Notes under the pieces: model-generated
What the model was told of the DNA's origin: nothing
Seen by the model: only the letters and a program-made list of their open reading frames with translations
The model's database searches: none
Program-made: the position numbers and the translations under genes
In this document: positions 29,113 to 37,553 of the stretch, in pieces
Layout of the letters: every line of letters begins with the position of its first letter
Position numbering within the stretch: the first letter of the stretch is position 1
Virus record (IMG/VR): IMGVR_UViG_3300033997_000077
Span: 32,001 to 96,000 of that record
Direction: 5' to 3' (one strand)
Length of the DNA: 64,000 bases
Source of the DNA: a virus

Positions 29113-30951
29113 ATGGCAGAAGGCGGCATCAGTGGTCAGTTTTACCTGTCGCTGAAAATAAACGACCAAGAAATTCCCGGCCTGCGCGACTGCATTTCCC
29201 AAATCGTAATCGTCAACAGTGTGCTGGGTGTGCCGAGCGCCCAGATCACTCTCAACGACAATCAGGACGTGTTCAGCGGGCCGTTTGCTTTGGTGGACGG
29301 CACGCGGATCACAATCACGCGCGGCAAAACCCGCGATAGCATGCGCACCACTACCTTCATCGTTGTTGGTCAGCGTGACCGTGACTTGAAAGTCGTTACC
29401 TGTCTGCTGGACGTGCCGGGATTTTTCACCGACACCAAGGCGATGGCGCAACGCGGCACCAGCTTGGACGTCGCGAAGAAGATTGCAGGGGAGTACGGCC
29501 TACAGTTCGAGACCAACATCGGCGGCGTCGACGACAACATGCGCTGGACTACGTTCGGCCAGAGTCCGCGCCTGTTCCTTGAGACCATCGAACAACGTAT
29601 GTGGATCCCAGAAGGTGGGTATCCGCAAGTCGTGGTTACCGAAGACAAGCGCCTGAAGCTGATCGACGTAATCAAGGCTATGCAGGACGAACCGAAAACG
29701 GTGTTCGCCTACAACTACCCAGTCGAGAGTGGGGAAGCGGTACTCGTTGAAGAGGTCAGCGCGAAGAGTATCAGCGGCTACCTCAACATGAACGTCGGCT
29801 ACGGCTCAACCTTGATGGCGACCAACGGCGACGGCGAAGTCGAGCGCTTCAGCAAAGGCAAGATCAAAGCTGGCGGTAGCCCCAACGTCAACGCCAAGCA
29901 ACGCGAAGCCATCACCGGAACCAACTACACGTTCCAGCCGCACCAGCCGATCTCGAAAGGTGCGAGCGCCAACGTGCACAAGCATTGGGTGGAAGCACTC
30001 GACAACTGGCGTCGTAACTACGCAGCGTTTTCTGAATTTTGCCGCGTGCGCTTCAACGGTGCGCTGAAGGATTTGGAGTTGCTGACTCCCGTGCAACTTT
30101 ACGCTGGATCCATCTCGGCAAAGGGCGCTGTACTCAACGAGAAGCAGAGCGGCAAGTGGCTGTACGCTGGATACACTGAGCTGATCCGTCGGCGAAGTTA
30201 CCACACGGCGGCGCTGCTGACTCGCAACTTCGTCGGCACCAAGGGCACCACCGAACTTGTCGACGGCGACAACGGCAAGAACAAGGCAAGCAACCGCCAG
30301 CCCAGCGTTGCGGATACTGTGCGGCCCCCGCAGCAGGACGACGGCGTGCGTCAGATAGGCAACGGGCTCAACGCAATTGATCAGGTTGTGGAGAAGCAGA
30401 CCCAGCAGCTGGACGCCGCAATGGGCAAGATGATCGAGACCGCAAACTCGGCCATCAACCTGCCGGAACTGGCTGCCAAGTACGGGCCGGACTCTGACAT
30501 GCTTGACGCGCTTATGAGCGAGTTCAGTATGGCGGCATTCACGAACCGACTGTGTGGCATGCTGTCCCCGTTAGAGAAACTGTCGCTGGACTTCGGCATC
30601 AAGAATCCGGCAACGATCTTCCAGCTGCTCGACGGGCGACTCGGTGAACTCGAATCCCTTATGGGCCAATTCGAAGGCGACATCAACGACATGATCGCGC
30701 GTGGTGACATCCCTGAAAACTATCGCGACGTTCCGACGTTGAATGCCCCGTGCGCCGACAACAAAGTCAGTGAGATGAACGATGCGATTGCCGATAAATT
30801 GGGGAGCAAATGCCTCAACGCGTTCTCGCTGGATAAGCTGCACGGCCCCTCGTTTGACCTTGCGTCCCTGTACCAAAAGATGGAAGAGTATCTGCGTAAG
30901 TTCCAGTGCGCATTCGGCGGACAGAACGACGCGAGCGTGGAGATCGTATGA
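29113..30951 (+). CDS. Baseplate hub protein (gp27/VgrG-N-like) with helical C-terminal extension
   Basis: Lies between the LysM and spike genes; A.ITL.D, IA..YGL, SGKWL motifs. Confidence 0.65.
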   Translation: MAEGGISGQFYLSLKINDQEIPGLRDCISQIVIVNSVLGVPSAQITLNDNQDVFSGPFALVDGTRITITRGKTRDSMRTTTFIVVGQRDRDLKVVTCLLDVPGFFTDTKAMAQRGTSLDVAKKIAGEYGLQFETNIGGVDDNMRWTTFGQSPRLFLETIEQRMWIPEGGYPQVVVTEDKRLKLIDVIKAMQDEPKTVFAYNYPVESGEAVLVEEVSAKSISGYLNMNVGYGSTLMATNGDGEVERFSKGKIKAGGSPNVNAKQREAITGTNYTFQPHQPISKGASANVHKHWVEALDNWRRNYAAFSEFCRVRFNGALKDLELLTPVQLYAGSISAKGAVLNEKQSGKWLYAGYTELIRRRSYHTAALLTRNFVGTKGTTELVDGDNGKNKASNRQPSVADTVRPPQQDDGVRQIGNGLNAIDQVVEKQTQQLDAAMGKMIETANSAINLPELAAKYGPDSDMLDALMSEFSMAAFTNRLCGMLSPLEKLSLDFGIKNPATIFQLLDGRLGELESLMGQFEGDINDMIARGDIPENYRDVPTLNAPCADNKVSEMNDAIADKLGSKCLNAFSLDKLHGPSFDLASLYQKMEEYLRKFQCAFGGQNDASVEIV

Positions 30952-31745
30952 GAGAGCAGAAAGCATTGCACGGTAAAGGGCTCAACAAGGACGAGCCCTA
31001 CGAAGCGATTGTTGTGGACGAAAATGATCCCGGCAAGTTTGGTCAGATTCGTGCACGCGTCGCGGGCCTTATGGACGACATACCGGATGACCAGTTGCCG
31101 TGGGCACGCCCGCGCGGCTGGAATCACCCGTTCGGCCAGATGGCGAAAAAGATGGGAGCAATCGGCAAAACCAGTTTCTTCGGCGGTGTGCCACGTCGCG
31201 GGAACAAGGTCGATCTCTACTTCCCGACCGGAGACCCGCACGTTGCAACGTGGAGCGCGTCTTCCCCAATCGACAAGCTGTCTAAGGATCCGGTGTACGA
31301 CGTCAACTACCCGAACCGCTTGGGCTTCCGGTTCCCCAACGGCTTTCAGGTGTTGGTCGACACACAAACCAACGAAGTGTTCTTCATCAATCCCGGCGAC
31401 TACCATTTCGTGACTTTCGGTGACATGCACCAGACCATCGTTGGTAACCAGCAGCTGATCGTGACTGGCGACAAGGGAGAGGTTCCGGCCTACGTCCTCA
31501 ATGATCCGAACATGAGCGCCAAGTACCTGAAGAGCGACCCGCAAGGTCGCGTGCAATTCAAGGGGCTGCTCGGTCGCAAGGTGGGTTCGCAGCACACTAT
31601 CGTAGGTGGCAACCAGACTGTGCACGTGAAGGGTGACCGCAAGGACAAGATTGACGGCAAGTACAACATCGAAGTCGGCGGCGATTTCAAAGTTGACGCC
31701 AAAGGCGAAGCATTCGTGAACGGCTCCAACGTGAACTTGAACTAA
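30948..31745 (+). CDS. Baseplate central spike (gp5 OB-fold plus beta-helix)
   Basis: VVDENDPGKFGQIRARV, LPWA, VP..G..V..F..GDP, and V.G repeats at the C-terminus. Start is ATG 30948. Confidence 0.85.
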   Translation: MREQKALHGKGLNKDEPYEAIVVDENDPGKFGQIRARVAGLMDDIPDDQLPWARPRGWNHPFGQMAKKMGAIGKTSFFGGVPRRGNKVDLYFPTGDPHVATWSASSPIDKLSKDPVYDVNYPNRLGFRFPNGFQVLVDTQTNEVFFINPGDYHFVTFGDMHQTIVGNQQLIVTGDKGEVPAYVLNDPNMSAKYLKSDPQGRVQFKGLLGRKVGSQHTIVGGNQTVHVKGDRKDKIDGKYNIEVGGDFKVDAKGEAFVNGSNVNLN

Positions 31746-31754
31746 GAGGTAGCA

Positions 31755-32540
31755 ATGAAACAACTTTTGTGTGGTAAGATTTATATGCCCGTGGCTCTGC
31801 TGCACCGCGAGCGCGGTTTGGTAGTTGAGATATTCGCCATCGACTATTCCAGCGAGCGGGTTTCGGCATCCGACGCCGAGGTAACTCTCCGCCGTTACCT
31901 TCGCGACCGTGTGTTTATGTCGGCAGATGACACGTCGCTGTACGGGCCCGACGTTGAGTACGTGGACAACTACTACGAAGTCACTGGGGAAGGTTGGTCG
32001 TTCAGCATTCACGCCGACCGCACGCACATCGTTCCCCTGCTGCCGAACACTACGCCGCCCAAGTGTTTCCGCTGTGCGTTCTCCGATGACCTGCAACGTC
32101 GCATGATCTGTGGCGACGACTCGCACATCACAATCATGGCAACCAATATTGTCCGCAATCCGTCGCAGGATCCGTTCGGTCGCTTGGGTCTGCATCGCGT
32201 ACAGACCGAGCCGCTGCAAGCAATCACTTTCGGCGAAGACAGTGTGTCCTGCTTCTCTGCGTTCCGCATGGGATACAGCGACCAGCCAGTCGGCCACACG
32301 CTGCGCAAACCAACGCTGTTTATCCATGACAGTACGGGCGAGGCGCTGATAAACGTGAAGCTGGCAGGCTACCAGTTCGACAAGTTGGTCGTGGGCCCGC
32401 ATCCGCTGCGTATGATGATGTTTGGCGACTACGAATTCCAGCGCGCGGCCCACGCTTTTGGGGAGCCGAGCCACGAATTCACCATGTTCACCGACTGCAA
32501 GCACTACTGCCAACTGATTTCCGATTCTCCCGCACGCTAA
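31755..32540 (+). CDS. Hypothetical protein
   Basis: GAGG RBS, 261 aa, co-oriented in the operon. Confidence 0.6.
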   Translation: MKQLLCGKIYMPVALLHRERGLVVEIFAIDYSSERVSASDAEVTLRRYLRDRVFMSADDTSLYGPDVEYVDNYYEVTGEGWSFSIHADRTHIVPLLPNTTPPKCFRCAFSDDLQRRMICGDDSHITIMATNIVRNPSQDPFGRLGLHRVQTEPLQAITFGEDSVSCFSAFRMGYSDQPVGHTLRKPTLFIHDSTGEALINVKLAGYQFDKLVVGPHPLRMMMFGDYEFQRAAHAFGEPSHEFTMFTDCKHYCQLISDSPAR

Positions 32541-32543
32541 TTT
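32538..32543 (+). promoter_or_regulatory. TAATTT candidate late promoter
   Basis: GCTAATTTAGC overlaps the upstream stop, just before the GGAGG RBS of the SxS-leader gene cluster. Confidence 0.5.
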
Positions 32544-32560
32544 AGCGTAGGAGGAACACC

Positions 32561-32953
32561 ATGAACATTGAACTCAACATGTGCGTTGCTAACGCTTCGC
32601 TGTCCGCAGACCCAGTTGTTACGTTCTTAGAGCGTATGCGCAAGGCTGCGTACTCTACTGCCCCCAATCCGATTCGCGCAGCGCTGAAGAAAGTGAACCC
32701 CGACCACGTGGAAGATCTCAACTTCATTGTGCTGGGCGCGCCGTCGCTCACTACCAAAGACCCCATTGGGTTTGCGGTGGAAGACCCAGTGGACAATACT
32801 GTGGTCACGTCGTACCTCATTGATCGTGTTGCGCATGGTTCCCCTCTCGGGCGCGTGACTTCCGTGCGTGCTGACGACGCTAAGCTGGCAAACGTGCCAC
32901 TCAGTTATCAACACAGCGTTGTCCTAATGCGCATGCCGATGGACGCCCTGTAA
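32561..32953 (+). CDS. Small protein with SLS leader
   Basis: MNIELNMCVANASLSA; strong RBS. Confidence 0.65.
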   Translation: MNIELNMCVANASLSADPVVTFLERMRKAAYSTAPNPIRAALKKVNPDHVEDLNFIVLGAPSLTTKDPIGFAVEDPVDNTVVTSYLIDRVAHGSPLGRVTSVRADDAKLANVPLSYQHSVVLMRMPMDAL

Positions 32954-32963
32954 GGAGACACCA

Positions 32964-33518
32964 ATGAACATCAATCTTGGACTCAACATGGTTTCGGAAT
33001 CTACCCGACGCCGTGGCCGCCAGAATGACCCTGACCGCACGACCCCCGCTGGCTACGCTGCTGTGTATCCAACTCCGGAGACCGTGCGGTTTGTCATGTC
33101 TGAGTTGGAGAAGATTGGCCTGAAGACCGACTTCGATCCCAAAGACTTGCACGTTACGATGATGTACGACGTCGAGAACCCCGTGCTGTTCCATCCGGCA
33201 GCCCCGATTCAGATCGAAGCGACCGTGAATAGCGGCGCACTGTTCGGGCCGGAAGAGAACACGTTGGTTCTGAAGCTGGATAGCCAAGGTCTGATTGCTC
33301 GTCACAAGTACCTGCGTCAGATGGGCTACCGTCACAGCTACCCTGAGTATGAGCCGCACATGACAATCAAAGTTCCTGCCGATCAGCTGGACTTGGATTT
33401 GCTCAATCAGGGTTTGGCCGCTGGCGCGTTCAGTGGTGTGCGCCTCGTCTTCGGTGGCGAGACTTGGGAACCGATCCGCGAGGATGCTTATGCCAAGTAC
33501 GAGGACAAGGACGAATAA
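32964..33518 (+). CDS. 2H phosphoesterase, Acb1 (T4 gp57B)-like anti-CBASS candidate, with SES leader
   Basis: Two HxT motifs (LHVTMMY, PHMTI) and LVLKLDS..L..RH.Y....G..H.Y..Y.PH, matching the T4 Acb1 pattern as recalled. Confidence 0.8.
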   Translation: MNINLGLNMVSESTRRRGRQNDPDRTTPAGYAAVYPTPETVRFVMSELEKIGLKTDFDPKDLHVTMMYDVENPVLFHPAAPIQIEATVNSGALFGPEENTLVLKLDSQGLIARHKYLRQMGYRHSYPEYEPHMTIKVPADQLDLDLLNQGLAAGAFSGVRLVFGGETWEPIREDAYAKYEDKDE

Positions 33519-33525
33519 GGGCGAC

Positions 33526-34032
33526 ATGACTCCAAGTCAGCGGGCGTTTGGAAACAAGCTGCCCGCATCGTTCGTCTCTATCAGTCGAAATCAAGTTGCC
33601 CCGCTATTGCGACAGGCACTATCTCCATACTTCACGAAGCTCATGTATAGCCTGCACTTTGAGGTGGGGGTCGAGAGGGGCGGGCATTTACGTGCTGACG
33701 TCGTATGTGTGAAGATGGATCGCTCTGTCACGATAGTTGAGGTGAAAAGTGGATGGCAGGATTTTGCGGCAGACCATAAATGGCAGCGCTATTTACCGTT
33801 CTGCAACCAGTTCTACTTTGCAGTGAGCGACGCACTCTGGGACACTCACGCCGACCGCTTGAAAGAAGCGTTGGCTGGGTCGGGTGCTGGCATCATCGTG
33901 TGTAGAACTGGTGGCCCTGTGCGCAAAGTCCTGCCTGCGGCTAAAAGGAAAATGGCACCTGCTCGACGCATTTGGCTATTCACAAAGCTCGCGTGGATTT
34001 CTGGGCTGTCTCGGGCACGGAGAGTTAACTAA
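33526..34032 (+). CDS. MmcB-like PD-(D/E)XK nuclease
   Basis: EV......RADV....IVEVKS...DF..D.KW..YLPFC..FYFAV. Confidence 0.8.
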   Translation: MTPSQRAFGNKLPASFVSISRNQVAPLLRQALSPYFTKLMYSLHFEVGVERGGHLRADVVCVKMDRSVTIVEVKSGWQDFAADHKWQRYLPFCNQFYFAVSDALWDTHADRLKEALAGSGAGIIVCRTGGPVRKVLPAAKRKMAPARRIWLFTKLAWISGLSRARRVN

Positions 34033-34739
34033 TGAACATTGCATTAGGATTGAATCAGGTTAAGTCGGAAAGCAGCGTGGAAGGCGAGCGCGCCTTTGCC
34101 GACATCTTCGGTGACATCTTCGGTCAGATGTTCACGGACAGTATGCGCAAGTACAAGAAGGCCGACACTGAGTGCATGCTCGGCCCGCTGGAATCTGCAT
34201 CCAACGCACAGCAAGCGTCGCGCAGCAGCCAGCACACCAAGTTCGGCCCCATCACGATCACTACTCGCCTCGAAGGCGCTGACATGTTCTCCATCGTGTG
34301 GAGCAACCGGATGAATAACTCGTCTATCGGGATCCACAAGTTCTCCAAAGGGCGCTACGTTGTGGAACTCGGTCTGGCGAGCGGTGCACGTGTTGAAGCC
34401 CTGAACTTCAAGGCCATTGAGCACGCCACGGCGTTCGCTCTGCTCAACACTGACGTGACTCGGGTACAAGATGATCACGCACTGGCCGCGCGCAAGCACT
34501 TCCTGCAATTCCTCGTCGCGCGAGAGAAGCGGGCACAAGGCGCAGTGAAGTTCACGAAGACCGCGTGGCAAGTTAGCCGACTGCGCGGGCAGGATGTGAA
34601 GTTCAGCGAAGGCACCATCGACCACATTGGCCGCTTGATGTTCCTGCTCCCCAGCGAGAAAGCACTGATCACAACCTCCGATGGTAGCGGCAAAGTCGTT
34701 AAGCACACCGTACCGTTCGACAATATTTGGATCCAGTAG
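34032..34739 (+). CDS. Protein with SES leader
   Basis: MNIALGLNQVKSESS; GGAG RBS. Confidence 0.65.
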   Translation: MNIALGLNQVKSESSVEGERAFADIFGDIFGQMFTDSMRKYKKADTECMLGPLESASNAQQASRSSQHTKFGPITITTRLEGADMFSIVWSNRMNNSSIGIHKFSKGRYVVELGLASGARVEALNFKAIEHATAFALLNTDVTRVQDDHALAARKHFLQFLVAREKRAQGAVKFTKTAWQVSRLRGQDVKFSEGTIDHIGRLMFLLPSEKALITTSDGSGKVVKHTVPFDNIWIQ

Positions 34740-34748
34740 GGAGACCTA

Positions 34749-36881
34749 ATGCGAAAGCCTAAGTACAGGATTCTCCTTGGGGACAACCGCAAGACGCTTC
34801 CGACGATTCCGGATAAATCCATCTCCTGTTGTGTAACGAGCCCGCCCTATTATGGGCTGCGCGATTACGGCGGCATGGAAGAGCAGATCGGTTTGGAAGC
34901 GACGCCGGAAGAATACGTCGCGGAGCTGGTGAAAGTGTTCGAAGAAGTGAAGCGTGTTCTGCGGGATGACGGTACGCTGTGGTTGAACATTGGGGACACC
35001 CATTACAACTATCGTCCAACATCTGGCGACGACACGCGTCCGCATTCATTCGGCGGCGCTCGCACTGACGCAATGAAGCGGGGGCTGCCCAAGGACAACT
35101 CAAAGACGCACCGTGGCCGGAAGCTGACGACCGTTAAGCAGAAGGATCTGATCGGCATTCCTTGGATGCTGGCCTTTGCGTTGCGTGCTGCTGGTTGGTA
35201 TCTGCGGCAGGACATCATTTGGAGCAAGCCGAACCCGATGCCGGAAAGCGTCGGGGATCGTTGCACCAAAGCGCACGAATATATTTTCCTGCTCACTAAG
35301 AAGCCCCGCTATTACTTCGATAAGGAAGCCGCGAAAGAAGCCGCCGTAACTGGTGGGCTGCGCAAGCGGCGCAGTGTATGGCACGTCCCCACAGTCCCAT
35401 ACAAGGGAGCGCACTTTGCAACGTTCCCTCCGGAACTTATCGAGCCGTGTATTCGAATCGGCGCGCCGAAAGGCTCACGCGTATTAGATCCGTTCGGCGG
35501 ATCCGGCACTACGGCTGGGGTGGCGCTCGCTTTAGGTTGCGATGCGACACTCTGCGAATTGGATCCAAACTCCGCAAAACTCGTCAAAGACCGAGTGAAG
35601 TCAATCGGTCGGGCATACAAACTGAAACTCAATGAGGAACAAGACATGGAAATCAAACTGTCTGTATCGGCATTCAAGCCGAAAGTTCAAACAGGTGACC
35701 CGAAGCGCGATCTGGCGACGTCCCCGTCGGGGCGTCAAAGTGTGATGTCAGCCACGGAAATCACGAACATCGCACAGAGCATAGTAGACAAGATGCGCAA
35801 GCGCAACCTTCCCATCAGGTCGGAACACTCCCTGCGCAAGGCTGCTACGGAGGCGGTGAACAGTTGGGTAAACCGCTCCACTGCGTCGAAGCTCACCAAG
35901 GAAGTTAAGCAGAAGGCGGCAACCAAACTGGTCAACCGTGTGGTCGCCCTGTTCAACAAAAGCGAGCCGAAGGGAGTCTCTGCACCTAACGGCACCGATG
36001 CCAAGGCCAAGAAATTCTCCAAGGCCGAGATCGAAAAGATTGCAGGGCGTCTCGTCCACTACGTGAAGTTCTCCGGCGCGGTGGACAGCAAGAACAAGGA
36101 TAAATCCATCGACAACATTGTGAAAGGTTGGGCAGACATGCACAGCGTGCAGTATCCGAACCAATCACGCATGCTCAACAAAGACGCGGTTAAGAAGCAG
36201 CTGGTCGAGCTAGTCAACAAGAAGGCAGGCGGCTCCAAGAAAGCTCCGGCGTCCGCACCATCTGACAAGGTTGTGCCGAATACCGTGGCCGCCACCAAGG
36301 AAGAGAGACTGAAAGCTCAGATTCTGGCTGGCACCAAACTCCGCAACCAGTTCCAAGGCATGCTGGCAAAAGCCCCGTCCATGACTGCCAAGTCAATCGA
36401 GAACATCCGCAAGCATTGCGTTGCATACAACAAGGTGATCACCTCTGTTCAACGCGGCAACGAAGCGCTGGCCGAGACCACCAAGATCGAAGGGCTGCGC
36501 GGCATCGAATCCGTGAAGAACTACGTCAACAACGTTCTGGGCCTGACCTACGGCTACGTTGAAATCGCCAAGCAGTTGGGTGTTGCTCAGACTGCGCTGA
36601 AGGACAAGATCAATGCAGGCATCACCGTGGAGACTTCCAACGTTGAGCTGAAGCGCACCGCCAAGGCCAATGCGCAGCGTGCTCTGGGTTCCGTAGCCAA
36701 AGCACTCAGCCGCCGCAACTGCCAGCTGCCGACTTCCTTCCAGCGTGAAGTTGAGAAGGTGTTCGTGGACGCTGCGATGTCCGGTGACATCAAGAAGGCC
36801 AAGGAGCTGCTGCGTGATCGCATCGACATCTTTGTTGCCGACGTGTTCCGCAACAAGACCAAACTGTACTCAGCCAAGTAA
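34749..36881 (+). CDS. Beta-class amino (m4C/m6A) DNA methyltransferase fused in frame to a 411-aa basic protein
   Basis: TSPPY (motif IV) precedes VLDPFGGSGTT (motif I); IIW.KP and HFATFP present. No stop after the MTase domain. Confidence 0.88.
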   Translation: MRKPKYRILLGDNRKTLPTIPDKSISCCVTSPPYYGLRDYGGMEEQIGLEATPEEYVAELVKVFEEVKRVLRDDGTLWLNIGDTHYNYRPTSGDDTRPHSFGGARTDAMKRGLPKDNSKTHRGRKLTTVKQKDLIGIPWMLAFALRAAGWYLRQDIIWSKPNPMPESVGDRCTKAHEYIFLLTKKPRYYFDKEAAKEAAVTGGLRKRRSVWHVPTVPYKGAHFATFPPELIEPCIRIGAPKGSRVLDPFGGSGTTAGVALALGCDATLCELDPNSAKLVKDRVKSIGRAYKLKLNEEQDMEIKLSVSAFKPKVQTGDPKRDLATSPSGRQSVMSATEITNIAQSIVDKMRKRNLPIRSEHSLRKAATEAVNSWVNRSTASKLTKEVKQKAATKLVNRVVALFNKSEPKGVSAPNGTDAKAKKFSKAEIEKIAGRLVHYVKFSGAVDSKNKDKSIDNIVKGWADMHSVQYPNQSRMLNKDAVKKQLVELVNKKAGGSKKAPASAPSDKVVPNTVAATKEERLKAQILAGTKLRNQFQGMLAKAPSMTAKSIENIRKHCVAYNKVITSVQRGNEALAETTKIEGLRGIESVKNYVNNVLGLTYGYVEIAKQLGVAQTALKDKINAGITVETSNVELKRTAKANAQRALGSVAKALSRRNCQLPTSFQREVEKVFVDAAMSGDIKKAKELLRDRIDIFVADVFRNKTKLYSAK
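35646..36881 (+). CDS. Nested in-frame gene: Lys-rich protein with SVS leader
   Basis: GAGGA RBS at 35634-35638, then ATG 35646 giving MEIKLSVSAF, the same leader type as neighbouring genes. Confidence 0.6.
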   Translation: MEIKLSVSAFKPKVQTGDPKRDLATSPSGRQSVMSATEITNIAQSIVDKMRKRNLPIRSEHSLRKAATEAVNSWVNRSTASKLTKEVKQKAATKLVNRVVALFNKSEPKGVSAPNGTDAKAKKFSKAEIEKIAGRLVHYVKFSGAVDSKNKDKSIDNIVKGWADMHSVQYPNQSRMLNKDAVKKQLVELVNKKAGGSKKAPASAPSDKVVPNTVAATKEERLKAQILAGTKLRNQFQGMLAKAPSMTAKSIENIRKHCVAYNKVITSVQRGNEALAETTKIEGLRGIESVKNYVNNVLGLTYGYVEIAKQLGVAQTALKDKINAGITVETSNVELKRTAKANAQRALGSVAKALSRRNCQLPTSFQREVEKVFVDAAMSGDIKKAKELLRDRIDIFVADVFRNKTKLYSAK

Positions 36882-36890
36882 AGGTGAAGC

Positions 36891-37553
36891 ATGGATAGTT
36901 ACATCGTACTTGAAGGGCCGGATTTCGCTGGCAAGTCTTCTCTGATTGCTTTCATTGCGGAGCAACTTCAAGCGCGCGGTGTGGAAGTGGAGGTCGTCCG
37001 CGAGCCGGGCGGCACCCCTTTCGCTGAAGCGATGCGCGAGAGCGTGCTGTGCGGAGAGTACAACCCGAGCCAAGAAGCCGAACTGTTTGCCATGCTGGCA
37101 GCACGTGCCGATCTGTTCCACAAGCGGATTCTTCCGGCGTTGGAGCAAGGCAAAGTTGTACTGGGTGACCGTGGTTCTCCCAGCACTGACATCTACCAGT
37201 GTGGTAACGATGACGTACTGCGTGACATGTTCCTGCGCTACAAGAAGATAGCCGCACCGATCACTCCGCTGTACGTGTTCCTCGAACTCGACTACGAGAC
37301 CTACCTCGAACGCCGCAACGCGCGTGCTGCTGAAGGTCAGGCGCTCGACGCCATCGAGAAACGTTACACCGAGCGCTCAAAGTACGAAGCCCTGATGTCC
37401 AGTTACCGTCAGGCTGCTGCCCGTGAGCAGAACGTACTGATCGTCAACGTCGTTGGCAAGACGATTGAGCAGATCTACAATGAACTCTGGCCGTACCTGC
37501 GCTGTGAAGCGCAGTTGTCTGTAGGAGGCCCCCGTGAATGTGACCCAGCGTAA
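36891..37553 (+). CDS. tmk: Thymidylate kinase
   Basis: YIVLEGPDFAGKSS P-loop, REPGGT, ELF...AAR, VVLGDR. Confidence 0.93.
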   Translation: MDSYIVLEGPDFAGKSSLIAFIAEQLQARGVEVEVVREPGGTPFAEAMRESVLCGEYNPSQEAELFAMLAARADLFHKRILPALEQGKVVLGDRGSPSTDIYQCGNDDVLRDMFLRYKKIAAPITPLYVFLELDYETYLERRNARAAEGQALDAIEKRYTERSKYEALMSSYRQAAAREQNVLIVNVVGKTIEQIYNELWPYLRCEAQLSVGGPRECDPA

